Source: a virus
Taxonomy: Duplodnaviria; Caudoviricetes
Virus record (IMG/VR): IMGVR_UViG_3300042268_000564
Length of the DNA stretch: 64,000 nucleotides
Strand: one strand, 5' to 3'
The notes under the pieces are model-generated. The model had not been told where the DNA came from. It made no database searches and saw only the letters and a program-made list of their open reading frames with translations. Positions 18,929 to 28,094 of the stretch are shown here, one piece after another (within the stretch, counting starts at the first letter, position 1; each line of letters opens with the position of its first letter). The position numbers and the translations under genes are program-made.

Positions 18929-21900
18929 GTGTCTGAAGGCGCATCTTTTGATTTTTTGTGTAATACTGGACAAGCTCAGAATGCTGTTTCTGGGCTTGCA
19001 GACCTTTTTGGGCAAAAGTTCGGCGGAATGTCTACGGCAGTTAATAGTGCCATGTCTAATATTAGTAGCGACTTTATGAAGTTCGCTGGTGCGATGACTA
19101 GTGCGGCTGGTGCAGTCGATTATCTAGTTAAAGGTCTTAAGGGTTTTGAAGCGTTCGAAAAGCTTATTGTTAAAACTGGCGGTCTTTTAAACGCCACAAA
19201 GGGTGAGTTAAAGCTTCTTCAAGACACAGCGATTGATTTGGGTGCTGCTACAGAATATGCAGCAAAAGATGTTGCTGGTGCGATGTCCCAAATGGCACTT
19301 GCAGGTTTCAGTGTAAACGAAATCGTAGGTGCGTTACCGGGTTTGCTTGGTATGGCAACCGCAGGTATGGTTGGTATCGGACAAGCAACAACCATTGCAT
19401 CCGAAATTCTTAGAACATTTCAAATCGAAGCAAAGAACATGGATTATGTTGCTGGTGCTTTGACCACAACATTTACCACTACAAATACAACTCTGAGCAC
19501 TTTGTCTTATACGATGAAGTATGTTGGTGCGCAGGCATCAGAACTTGGCGTAGGCTTAAGTCAGGTTGCAGCGGTTGCTGGTGTTTTGGGTAATATCGGT
19601 GTTAAAGGTTCTATGTCAGGGACAGGTTTGCGTCAGTTCATGGAAAAATTAGCGGCAGGACTTGGCGGCATGAGCCAGAAGCTTGCGGCAGGCACCAAAG
19701 GCTTGAAGTCTATGGGGTTGTCATGGAAGGACGTATCAGACGATGCAGGCAATCTTAATCTTGTAAAAGCAGTAGAAAAGATAGGTGCTGCTCTTGATAA
19801 AATGGGTGCCAAGGCATCTGCGAGGATTAAGATTCTCAGAGATATTTTCGGTGTGAGAGCATCATCGCAAATTGCGGCACTTATTTCTCAGGGTTCCGAA
19901 GTGTTAGGTGCGAAAGACCTTGAGATTGCATTCGGTGGTGCAAAACAACAGTTGATGGGCTTTTTAAATCAGGCTACAAGGCTTGACGAAGGTTTACATG
20001 GCATGAAACTTAATGCTGAGGAAATGGCAGAGAGTTTCGTTGTTGTTGGTGGCGTAGGTCGAAGGAATCTTTCAAGGCTTTCCGACCAAATGAGAGAATT
20101 AGGGCTTGTTGGCGGTGCATTTAATACTCAAGTTGGTGTAATGCGTGAAAGAGTGCAAAAAGTTGACGGAAAGATTATTAGAGACAATACCTTTACGCCA
20201 GTTCAAGAGCTGACAGAAGGAACTTTGCGAGCAGTTGATGGGCTTGCAAGATTGCGTGCTCACATTAATGCTATGGGCACTGATGCTGAAAAAATTAAAT
20301 TGATTCAAGAGATATTTGGTGCAGACCCGGCTATGCAGGACAGAGCTATTAAAGCTTTTACTCAAGGTGGCGCAGCGATGAAAGATTTTGCGAACAGAAT
20401 GCTTGCTGCGAACTCTGCTATGGACATCCAAAAGAAAGTTATGGATTCTACTTGGGGTTCACTGGAATTGCTCTCAGGTTCATTTGATACATTCCAGACG
20501 GTGCTCGGTGAACTTGTGAGTCCAATAGTTCGTGTTACAGCGTTGTTCTTGGCATCTGCGATTGATTTGTTAATGGCAGGCAATACGATTGAGGGTAAGT
20601 GGGCTGAATTTTTGTCGAACCTTGGCGGTTTAGAGAGATTCATAAACAAGCTCGTAGATGCGTTTAATAAGTTCTCTGCCGCAGGGAAGGCTGTTGTAAT
20701 AATACTTTTAAGTATGGCTACCCTGTCTACGGTAGTCGCTGCTGTCGCAGCAGCGAAACTTCTATTAATCACGACTGGTGCGGCGTTGGTTTCAACATTT
20801 GCCACGTTGTCGGCTGCGGCAGCGTCGCTTGGCGCAGCACTTTCTTTGCCTTTCATATTGGCGGCGGCTCCTATTACTTATCTGACGTATCAACTTCTTC
20901 CTGCGTTGTTAGAAACAGGTCGACAGGTGTCCGAGGTTTTTGGGGCAATGGGGACGATTGACATGGCACCGAAGATTTCTGCAATGGACATCGCATCTGC
21001 CATGCCTGAGAAAGGGTTGCTTGCGAAGGTGGCTGTGGGTGTCGAATATGCAGTCTCTGGCATTTATAAAGTGATGGAATATATAGTTATTGGATTAATT
21101 GAGGCTGCGGGATTATTTTTTGCATGGCTCCAGCTTAAATTTGCGGGGCTTATGGCGTTTACTTTTGATTTAATTTCTAATTTCGGTGAATTTGTAGCGC
21201 AATCTATTTCATCTCTTGCGAATGTTTTTGTGGGAATAGTAAATAGCATTGACAGAGTTACAGAAGCTTTAGTGGCTATGTTGTTAAGGACTTTAGTTGG
21301 TTTTTCTTATTTAGCATTAGAAGCCTTTTTCGGGATTTTAATTTCATTCGTTACTGGTGCAGTAAAAACTATGTGGGCGGCTATTAGAACTTTTGCAGTA
21401 GACTTGCCTGCTATTTTCCTCAACATGTTTTTATCTCTTCAAGCAAAGGCATTGTCTTTCTTGGGGACACTGTTGACGTTGACCATTACGGTCTTTAACA
21501 AGATATTGATGGCTGTCATTGACGGGTCTGTTTTTGTTCTTGATGCCATAACAAAGATTGTTCTTGTTCTTGCCACTTTACCTGTTTCTTTACCGTATAT
21601 TGCAATTAAAGCGTCGATTGCTTTTATAAAAGCGTTCTTGGAAAAGTTGCAGCCCGGATTTGATGCTATACAAGGTGCTCTTTCGGAAATGTTTGAGAAT
21701 ATTAAAAAGGCACTTTTGAAATTGGCATCGGATATAATTAATGCAATTATTGCTCCAGTAAAGAATTTTATTTTAGGGCTTGGTCGAGCGGTTGCCTCTA
21801 TGTCTATGACGATGATTAGCTTGCCGGGTTTAATTTATATGGTCGTGGGCAAGATTGTAGATGCAGTGTTAAATGGGATTGCTGGCGTTGGAAATTCTAT

Positions 21901-24900
21901 TTACAACTTCATGACTTCTCTTCCTGATAAAATCCGTAGGTTTATCATAAGTATCTTTTCAGCAATCGCAGATTTCTTTTCCGGTGCGGCAAGAGCAATC
22001 GGAAGCTTTGGCGTCTCTCTTGGTATTACAGTAAGTCGTGTGTTGGGTGGAATAGCAAAAGCAGTGGCAGGGATTATTGTCGGGATGCCTTATATGATAT
22101 TGAGAGTGATATGGGCTGTTGTCTCCGGAATTGCAACAGGCTTTATTATTCTCATGACGAGAGCTTTTGATTCTGTTCGTTCTATGCTTTATAGAGTAGG
22201 CAGTACTTTTATTTATCAAGGAATTGGACAGTTTATTACTAACTTAAAAACATTTTTTGCAGAAGCCGTGCCGAATATGATTAAAGATGTGAAGCGAGAA
22301 CTGGCAGAGTTTTATGTGAAAATAGTTGAAGCTGTAGCATATGTAATTTATGGCTTGCCAAGCATTATAGCAGGAATGATAAAGAGTTTTGTTGATAATG
22401 TATTAACTTTCCTATTGGATGCGCCTGCAATGGTTGCAAACTTTTTCATTGAAGCTATTGAGAATGGTGTAACAATGGTAACAGACCTCGTCGGTGCGAT
22501 ATTGAGCTTTGGCACCGATGAAGTAGGTGAAAAGACATATTCTGCTGTAGGCAACCTGATTGAAAGGTTGATTAAAACAATTGTAGCATTTCCAGACATT
22601 TTATTAGCGGAAATTGACTATCAAATAGCTCGTGTAAGCAAGAAGTTGGATGATGCAATTGAAATATTGATGAACATAAATTGGGATGAGGTTATGCAAG
22701 CCTTTGCCAATATTATTGATAATGTCATAAATAAGCTTGTGAAGATTTTTGATGGGCTATTAGGTGTTTTCGGGGATGGTGCAGAGAATGGTTTTATAAG
22801 ACTTCTGGGACGTCTGATAATGGCTGTTTACAGAATGTTTGATGCAATAATCGCAAAATTCCCTTGGGGAAAATTATGGGCATTGTTCGGCAAGGTATGG
22901 GACTTTTTTGTTAATCTCGGCAATGCGATTAGCAGAGCAATAATAAGTTCTATCGCTCGTTTGTTCGGATACTTGTCTAGCGGTGGGCTTATGAAGGCTT
23001 TTGACTTTGTAATCGGGAAATTCTTGGGATTGCAGCGGGCATTCTTGGATTGGTCATTAGACATGAAGGCACTTGTGAAAAGTATATTTCCTGATAAGGG
23101 CTTTGCTGGTGTGATACGAAATGTGTTGCTTGGTGTATTGAACCTCATGGAAGCTGGCGCACATATTTTAATAAGAATCATGCGACCTGTTCAAGCGTGG
23201 CTTGAAAATGTATTTACTGAGATACAAGCAGTCATAGATTTATTCAGTGATATTTTTACTGTTTTTGACGGGCTTGGGGTTGGTATATTTGATGTGTTCG
23301 CTGACCCTAATCTGTATGGAATGCTAGAACAGGGTTTCCAAGCTGCTTTTAACAGGTTGGCTGGTTTCGTCCCTGCGCCATTGGTGAAAGCGTTCGAAAC
23401 AATTATGGTTGCTCTTGGTGCGCCAGTTGCGGCTGGTGGCTCCGTTTTAAATAATATCGGTGGCGTAATCGTTAATTTGTTTTTAACTTTAACAAAAGTG
23501 TTTGGCGTTTTTGCTACAGTTTTTAAGGGCTTGACAGATGATGTGTTGAATAATGTAGATGGAATTGTGTCGTGGATTGAAGGTGCATTTACTAAAATTG
23601 CTAATGCTGGTAAGGCAGGCGGTTTGGGTGGTATGGCTGCTGCTGTTGCTGGTCTTTTGCGGGAGGTTTTCGATACAGTATCTGACAAACTTAATGCCGC
23701 AGGTATTAAGGTATTTGACGGGATTTTAACTGTATTAGAAGAATCGGGTCCAATGGGGCAGCGTGTAGCAAATCTTATGAGGCTTGTTGGTCCTGTTGCG
23801 AAGCCTATATTTGATATGATAACAGGTTTATTTAAGTGGTTGGGCAGCAGTGCGATGTCTCCATTAACATGGTTTATAGAGAATGTTGGTAGTGCTATAA
23901 AAGGGATTTCTGCGCTAGGTGCGGGGCTTGTTACTTATTTTGGTGATAGCACAGCACAAGATGCAACTGGTACCACTGGTTTTGCAGAAATGATGCAGAC
24001 GAAGTTTAAGGAGTATTTCACAGACCCAATTGCTGAAAGTTGGGCAAAATTTAAAGCTACTATAACTGAAGAAACTGAAGAGCTCGGTGAATGGGGCTTT
24101 GATATGACCAATTTAAAGAAGCAATTTGCAGATTTAAAAGACTGGGCTGCTTCTCAAATGGCAGATGTGGTTTTAGGCATAATAGAAAAGATTGTGAAAT
24201 CCTTGGAAAAAGAATTAGGTGTGAGTCTTGGCAGTGAAAAGATTGCAGCAGCAAGAAAAGGTCTTACTGGTGCAAGCGAGGTTGCTGACAAATTTGCCCC
24301 GTCAGTTGATAAACTTGGACAGGTTCAAGGTTCGGCTGCGGATAAGGGTATATATTTAGCAGGTGAAGCTACTGCCAAAATGGCAAAAGCTTATGATGAT
24401 AAAATAAAAAATACTTTTGGTCGAGATAATGTTGTTTCAAGAGGCGTAGGCAACGTAGCATCGGTTCTTGCAGGTGGCACGTCAGGTCAAGGTTGGCAAA
24501 AAATTTACGATGGACTTATGAATGCGCCTCAGCTAGAAGGCCAGATTATGGACGCTGAAATGTTGGCGGGGCAGACTCTTATAAATGAGAGGGTAACTGC
24601 ACATCTAAGAAGTCGATATAAAGAAATGGCGGCTGGTACTGATATCGACTTTACTACATTTGCCAAGCTTTATTCAGGTGCGTCACAAGCTGGTTCAAAG
24701 GGTCGTGGCGGACTTACTATAGTAGATTTTATGCAAAAATTTGTAGATGATGTAAAAGCGAATAAAGTAACTGCTGACGGCAAGGCAATTGGTTCGCAAA
24801 ATATGGATGGTGCATCTGTTGTTGTTAATAATAATGGAAATACTATTAACACTCAGGTTAGTGGAACGTCAGGTGAAGATGTCGCTGCTAAAACTCAGAG

Positions 24901-25048
24901 TAATATCGCAAATACAATAGAGGCTGAGACTAGATTAAAAGGTGTGAACAAAGACCAAAAATCTACACCGCCAGCAAAGCCTAGCAAGGGCGGGATTGGA
25001 ACTAGCCCAGACTTTAAGCCAAGAAGAGTAGTAATGCCATCGGCGTAA
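18929..25048 (+). CDS. Tape measure protein (TP901-type core)
   Basis: 2039 aa with AIDLGAATEYAAKDVAGAMSQMALAGFS and GVKGSMSGTGLR motifs, then a long amphipathic helical region. Confidence 0.95.
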   Translation: MSEGASFDFLCNTGQAQNAVSGLADLFGQKFGGMSTAVNSAMSNISSDFMKFAGAMTSAAGAVDYLVKGLKGFEAFEKLIVKTGGLLNATKGELKLLQDTAIDLGAATEYAAKDVAGAMSQMALAGFSVNEIVGALPGLLGMATAGMVGIGQATTIASEILRTFQIEAKNMDYVAGALTTTFTTTNTTLSTLSYTMKYVGAQASELGVGLSQVAAVAGVLGNIGVKGSMSGTGLRQFMEKLAAGLGGMSQKLAAGTKGLKSMGLSWKDVSDDAGNLNLVKAVEKIGAALDKMGAKASARIKILRDIFGVRASSQIAALISQGSEVLGAKDLEIAFGGAKQQLMGFLNQATRLDEGLHGMKLNAEEMAESFVVVGGVGRRNLSRLSDQMRELGLVGGAFNTQVGVMRERVQKVDGKIIRDNTFTPVQELTEGTLRAVDGLARLRAHINAMGTDAEKIKLIQEIFGADPAMQDRAIKAFTQGGAAMKDFANRMLAANSAMDIQKKVMDSTWGSLELLSGSFDTFQTVLGELVSPIVRVTALFLASAIDLLMAGNTIEGKWAEFLSNLGGLERFINKLVDAFNKFSAAGKAVVIILLSMATLSTVVAAVAAAKLLLITTGAALVSTFATLSAAAASLGAALSLPFILAAAPITYLTYQLLPALLETGRQVSEVFGAMGTIDMAPKISAMDIASAMPEKGLLAKVAVGVEYAVSGIYKVMEYIVIGLIEAAGLFFAWLQLKFAGLMAFTFDLISNFGEFVAQSISSLANVFVGIVNSIDRVTEALVAMLLRTLVGFSYLALEAFFGILISFVTGAVKTMWAAIRTFAVDLPAIFLNMFLSLQAKALSFLGTLLTLTITVFNKILMAVIDGSVFVLDAITKIVLVLATLPVSLPYIAIKASIAFIKAFLEKLQPGFDAIQGALSEMFENIKKALLKLASDIINAIIAPVKNFILGLGRAVASMSMTMISLPGLIYMVVGKIVDAVLNGIAGVGNSIYNFMTSLPDKIRRFIISIFSAIADFFSGAARAIGSFGVSLGITVSRVLGGIAKAVAGIIVGMPYMILRVIWAVVSGIATGFIILMTRAFDSVRSMLYRVGSTFIYQGIGQFITNLKTFFAEAVPNMIKDVKRELAEFYVKIVEAVAYVIYGLPSIIAGMIKSFVDNVLTFLLDAPAMVANFFIEAIENGVTMVTDLVGAILSFGTDEVGEKTYSAVGNLIERLIKTIVAFPDILLAEIDYQIARVSKKLDDAIEILMNINWDEVMQAFANIIDNVINKLVKIFDGLLGVFGDGAENGFIRLLGRLIMAVYRMFDAIIAKFPWGKLWALFGKVWDFFVNLGNAISRAIISSIARLFGYLSSGGLMKAFDFVIGKFLGLQRAFLDWSLDMKALVKSIFPDKGFAGVIRNVLLGVLNLMEAGAHILIRIMRPVQAWLENVFTEIQAVIDLFSDIFTVFDGLGVGIFDVFADPNLYGMLEQGFQAAFNRLAGFVPAPLVKAFETIMVALGAPVAAGGSVLNNIGGVIVNLFLTLTKVFGVFATVFKGLTDDVLNNVDGIVSWIEGAFTKIANAGKAGGLGGMAAAVAGLLREVFDTVSDKLNAAGIKVFDGILTVLEESGPMGQRVANLMRLVGPVAKPIFDMITGLFKWLGSSAMSPLTWFIENVGSAIKGISALGAGLVTYFGDSTAQDATGTTGFAEMMQTKFKEYFTDPIAESWAKFKATITEETEELGEWGFDMTNLKKQFADLKDWAASQMADVVLGIIEKIVKSLEKELGVSLGSEKIAAARKGLTGASEVADKFAPSVDKLGQVQGSAADKGIYLAGEATAKMAKAYDDKIKNTFGRDNVVSRGVGNVASVLAGGTSGQGWQKIYDGLMNAPQLEGQIMDAEMLAGQTLINERVTAHLRSRYKEMAAGTDIDFTTFAKLYSGASQAGSKGRGGLTIVDFMQKFVDDVKANKVTADGKAIGSQNMDGASVVVNNNGNTINTQVSGTSGEDVAAKTQSNIANTIEAETRLKGVNKDQKSTPPAKPSKGGIGTSPDFKPRRVVMPSA

Positions 25049-25061
25049 TGGAGGGGAAATT

Positions 25062-26435
25062 GTGGCAAATGAAAATGTAAAAAGAATAGAAGACTCTCAA
25101 AGCCCGTCTACTATCGCATTTAAGGAAAACAATTTAAAGCCCTTAAGTGAAGATGCTGGTAAGCTTCAGGATGATTATGCAAAGAAACAGAGCCAAATGG
25201 TTGATGATGCTAAGGCTAAAGTAGGTCTTGGTAGTGAATCAGCAACTGCTATTCAGCAAATGGATGAGGGTGGCATCGGAAAAAATACCGACATGGTCTC
25301 ATCTAACAAGAATAAAACTCTCACTCTTGCAGAGCAGAGAGCATTAGCGGCTTATGCACAATATTCTTTGCCGAAATTTTATATTCCACCTCTTTTGGTT
25401 ACGGATACGGGGCAAGCAGATGATGTCGGCAAGGGAGTGCGTGCGGGGTTTATTTTTACCAGTATTGGCGACCTTAAAGTAGAGGATTTAACTTTTCCAA
25501 GAAATTTGCCAATCTTGAAAGTTCCTGATGCCGATATTGATGCAGTTCAGGACATGGGTTTTGGTAGTGGCAGCATAAAAGTGTCTGGCAGGCTATGGGG
25601 CGAGGCAGGTTATGCTCGCTTAGAGACATTGCGAGAGCTTTGCAAGTCTCGCAGACCGTTAATTTTCATTTCTCAGGAAACAGGGGCTTGGTATGTAATG
25701 CCTCAAAATGTTCCGGGTAAAAATACTGCTGCTGATAAACCTTATCAGTATTTCTTTGATGTTACTTTTGTTTGCGTTGCGCAACTGAATGAGGAAGACC
25801 CAACGGTGCAACATTATGCGAAATTAAGACGCGAACTCGTAAGGAAGAAATTTAACAGAGAAATGGCTTTAATTCGAGCACAAAATTCTGTCAAAGAAAG
25901 AATTAAGAATTTCGATACTATAACTGGAGCTGGTTCTGGAATCCAAAAAGGGTTCTATTATGATGCTACGAGTGGGAATGCAAGCTATAATCCTGATTTG
26001 CAAGAATTGCAGAATGAAAATTTTGTTGCAAAAACTACTGGCTCTGGTGGGATGGTTAATAATAATGGTCAAACAATTCAGGATTCGTCTAACTGGAAAG
26101 AGCAGGAGCTTGGCAAGGTTAAAGATATTAATGCATCTGCAAAAGATATAAATGAAAAACATGATGCGGCGGCTAAATCTAATACGCAGGCTACAAATTC
26201 TACAGATAAGAATCTTGGTATGCCAAGTAATACAAATCCCGGCGGTGGCGGACGTAATGAGCAGACTAATAAAGAAAAAAATACTAATACTGTGCCAATA
26301 AGAGAACCTAAAACATCTACTCCAGAAGAGCGTGCTGCTGCCGCTAAAAAATGGCAAGAAACGTCTCTGAAAAAGTATAACGAGCGAGGGAAAGTTAAAG
26401 TTCTGGGTGGTGGCGGCGGTGCATCATGGGAGTAA
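25062..26435 (+). CDS. Putative tail tube initiator / baseplate protein
   Basis: Central KVPDADIDAVQDMGFGSGSIKVSGRL...LETLRELCKSRRPL resembles Mu DNA-circularisation/gpU-type domains; lies after tape measure. Confidence 0.55.
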   Translation: MANENVKRIEDSQSPSTIAFKENNLKPLSEDAGKLQDDYAKKQSQMVDDAKAKVGLGSESATAIQQMDEGGIGKNTDMVSSNKNKTLTLAEQRALAAYAQYSLPKFYIPPLLVTDTGQADDVGKGVRAGFIFTSIGDLKVEDLTFPRNLPILKVPDADIDAVQDMGFGSGSIKVSGRLWGEAGYARLETLRELCKSRRPLIFISQETGAWYVMPQNVPGKNTAADKPYQYFFDVTFVCVAQLNEEDPTVQHYAKLRRELVRKKFNREMALIRAQNSVKERIKNFDTITGAGSGIQKGFYYDATSGNASYNPDLQELQNENFVAKTTGSGGMVNNNGQTIQDSSNWKEQELGKVKDINASAKDINEKHDAAAKSNTQATNSTDKNLGMPSNTNPGGGGRNEQTNKEKNTNTVPIREPKTSTPEERAAAAKKWQETSLKKYNERGKVKVLGGGGGASWE

Positions 26436-26441
26436 TGAAAA

Positions 26442-28094
26442 ATGGCTGACGAAGTTTTATTAACACCAATAGAAACTGTTGATGAAGAGATTAAGCTGGT
26501 TATAGACCAACTTAAGAGAGAGCTTGCTGCGTCTTATGAGAGTCCTTCACCTAATGACAGGTTGCCAACATCTGATAAGCAGATAGAAAGAATTCGTAAC
26601 CTGATTTTTACTGGTAAGGAAATGACGAATATAGATGAAGCGAGTCTTCCTGTCTATGTTAAGGAGCTTATAGAATCGGGTTTGCGTTTGCCATTATGGG
26701 ATGCAGGTTTGATTGTTGACCCTGATTGGATTGATAGATTTAATGCAGCAATAGAGGCAGGAAATCAAGAGCTTGCAATGAGGATTCTTGTAGATAAGGA
26801 AGATGCCCCTGACGAAGGGACTGTTTTAGGAAGCTGTTGCGATATAGGAAAAAGAAATAAATATTGTGAGCTGGAATTGGCAGATGAAACAGAAACATTT
26901 GGTAATAATGATAGAATCAAAGCTTTACTTTGGTATCTCAACTACATTTTTTTTATTGAACAGCAACATTACTATGCTGCTTACCATATGATAAGAGAAC
27001 GTAAGAAACGTAATACTATTTTTCCAAAAACATCGCCGTGGTATTTTACGCCTACATTACGTGGTTCTTGGGAGCGTCAAGATGTTACCGATAAATATGT
27101 GGATTATTTTAATCAAGAGCTTTACGTTCCATTTCTTGCTGATTTGTCTGGAAAGAAAGTTACTGGCTGTTATTTAAAAGTGAATAATAACCTGATAGAT
27201 GATTACACGATTGTTGTGGCTGAAGGTGTTACAGGAAACTTGAAAATAACGCTTGCAACCAGTGCTTTGCGTGAAGAATATTTGAATGTGACTGATGCTG
27301 TTGATTTTCAGAATAAAGTTAATGGCGTGAGTGCTATTGGCTCTATAGAGTTGACAGAATATTCTGATTCATTTTTGCTCCCTGCGGCATTGTCTACATA
27401 TACGAGAGATGAATATCGTTTTACAAGAGAACAGGTAGATGTTTTCAGCATTGCTTTTTATGGAGACTACGCCACGAAGCCCCAATGGGTAGCATTGAAT
27501 ATGTCTGCTGAACGTAGGATAACTTTGTCGGGTTGGGAAGATGATTATAAGAGTTGGCTTTCTATTCAAAATTCGGTAGAGCAAGTCTTTTTGGATTTGT
27601 TGGTGTTAAGACCACTCGGCGAAGTTGTTGATTTTCCTATCTTAGAAAGAATGTCGCCAGACATTTTGCAGGCAAAAGCTCCTACAAGAACAAATGATTT
27701 GTCAGATGACATGATGCAAAGGCTTGTGGATATTATAAAAGAAGATGATGTATTAACACCCGATTTCTTAACTATGATGGATGGCATAGAGACTTATGTC
27801 GATTCAATAGTAGGGAAACAAACGGCTGTGCCCATCCCTGAAACTGAGGGGGATAAGGTAGCCAGAATAAGGTATGAGACTTTGTTTGGAACAAAAGAAG
27901 GGCTGAACATTGAAGTGTTTGAACTGCCGCCTTTCTGGTCACTACAGAGAGTTTCTGTGAAAAAGTTTGGCGTGGCTGACTATTGGCGTGATATTGCAGA
28001 CCTAAACAATGTGAGTAATCCGCTTGATGAGGTTGAAATGTTTGAGGGGCGCAGATTGGCTTTGCCACGTTCTGCTGCTGACAAGGCTGGATAA
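26442..28094 (+). CDS. Baseplate protein with C-terminal LysM-like domain
   Basis: C-terminus SLQRVSVKKFGVADYWRDIADLNNVSNP...EGRRLALP. Confidence 0.65.
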   Translation: MADEVLLTPIETVDEEIKLVIDQLKRELAASYESPSPNDRLPTSDKQIERIRNLIFTGKEMTNIDEASLPVYVKELIESGLRLPLWDAGLIVDPDWIDRFNAAIEAGNQELAMRILVDKEDAPDEGTVLGSCCDIGKRNKYCELELADETETFGNNDRIKALLWYLNYIFFIEQQHYYAAYHMIRERKKRNTIFPKTSPWYFTPTLRGSWERQDVTDKYVDYFNQELYVPFLADLSGKKVTGCYLKVNNNLIDDYTIVVAEGVTGNLKITLATSALREEYLNVTDAVDFQNKVNGVSAIGSIELTEYSDSFLLPAALSTYTRDEYRFTREQVDVFSIAFYGDYATKPQWVALNMSAERRITLSGWEDDYKSWLSIQNSVEQVFLDLLVLRPLGEVVDFPILERMSPDILQAKAPTRTNDLSDDMMQRLVDIIKEDDVLTPDFLTMMDGIETYVDSIVGKQTAVPIPETEGDKVARIRYETLFGTKEGLNIEVFELPPFWSLQRVSVKKFGVADYWRDIADLNNVSNPLDEVEMFEGRRLALPRSAADKAG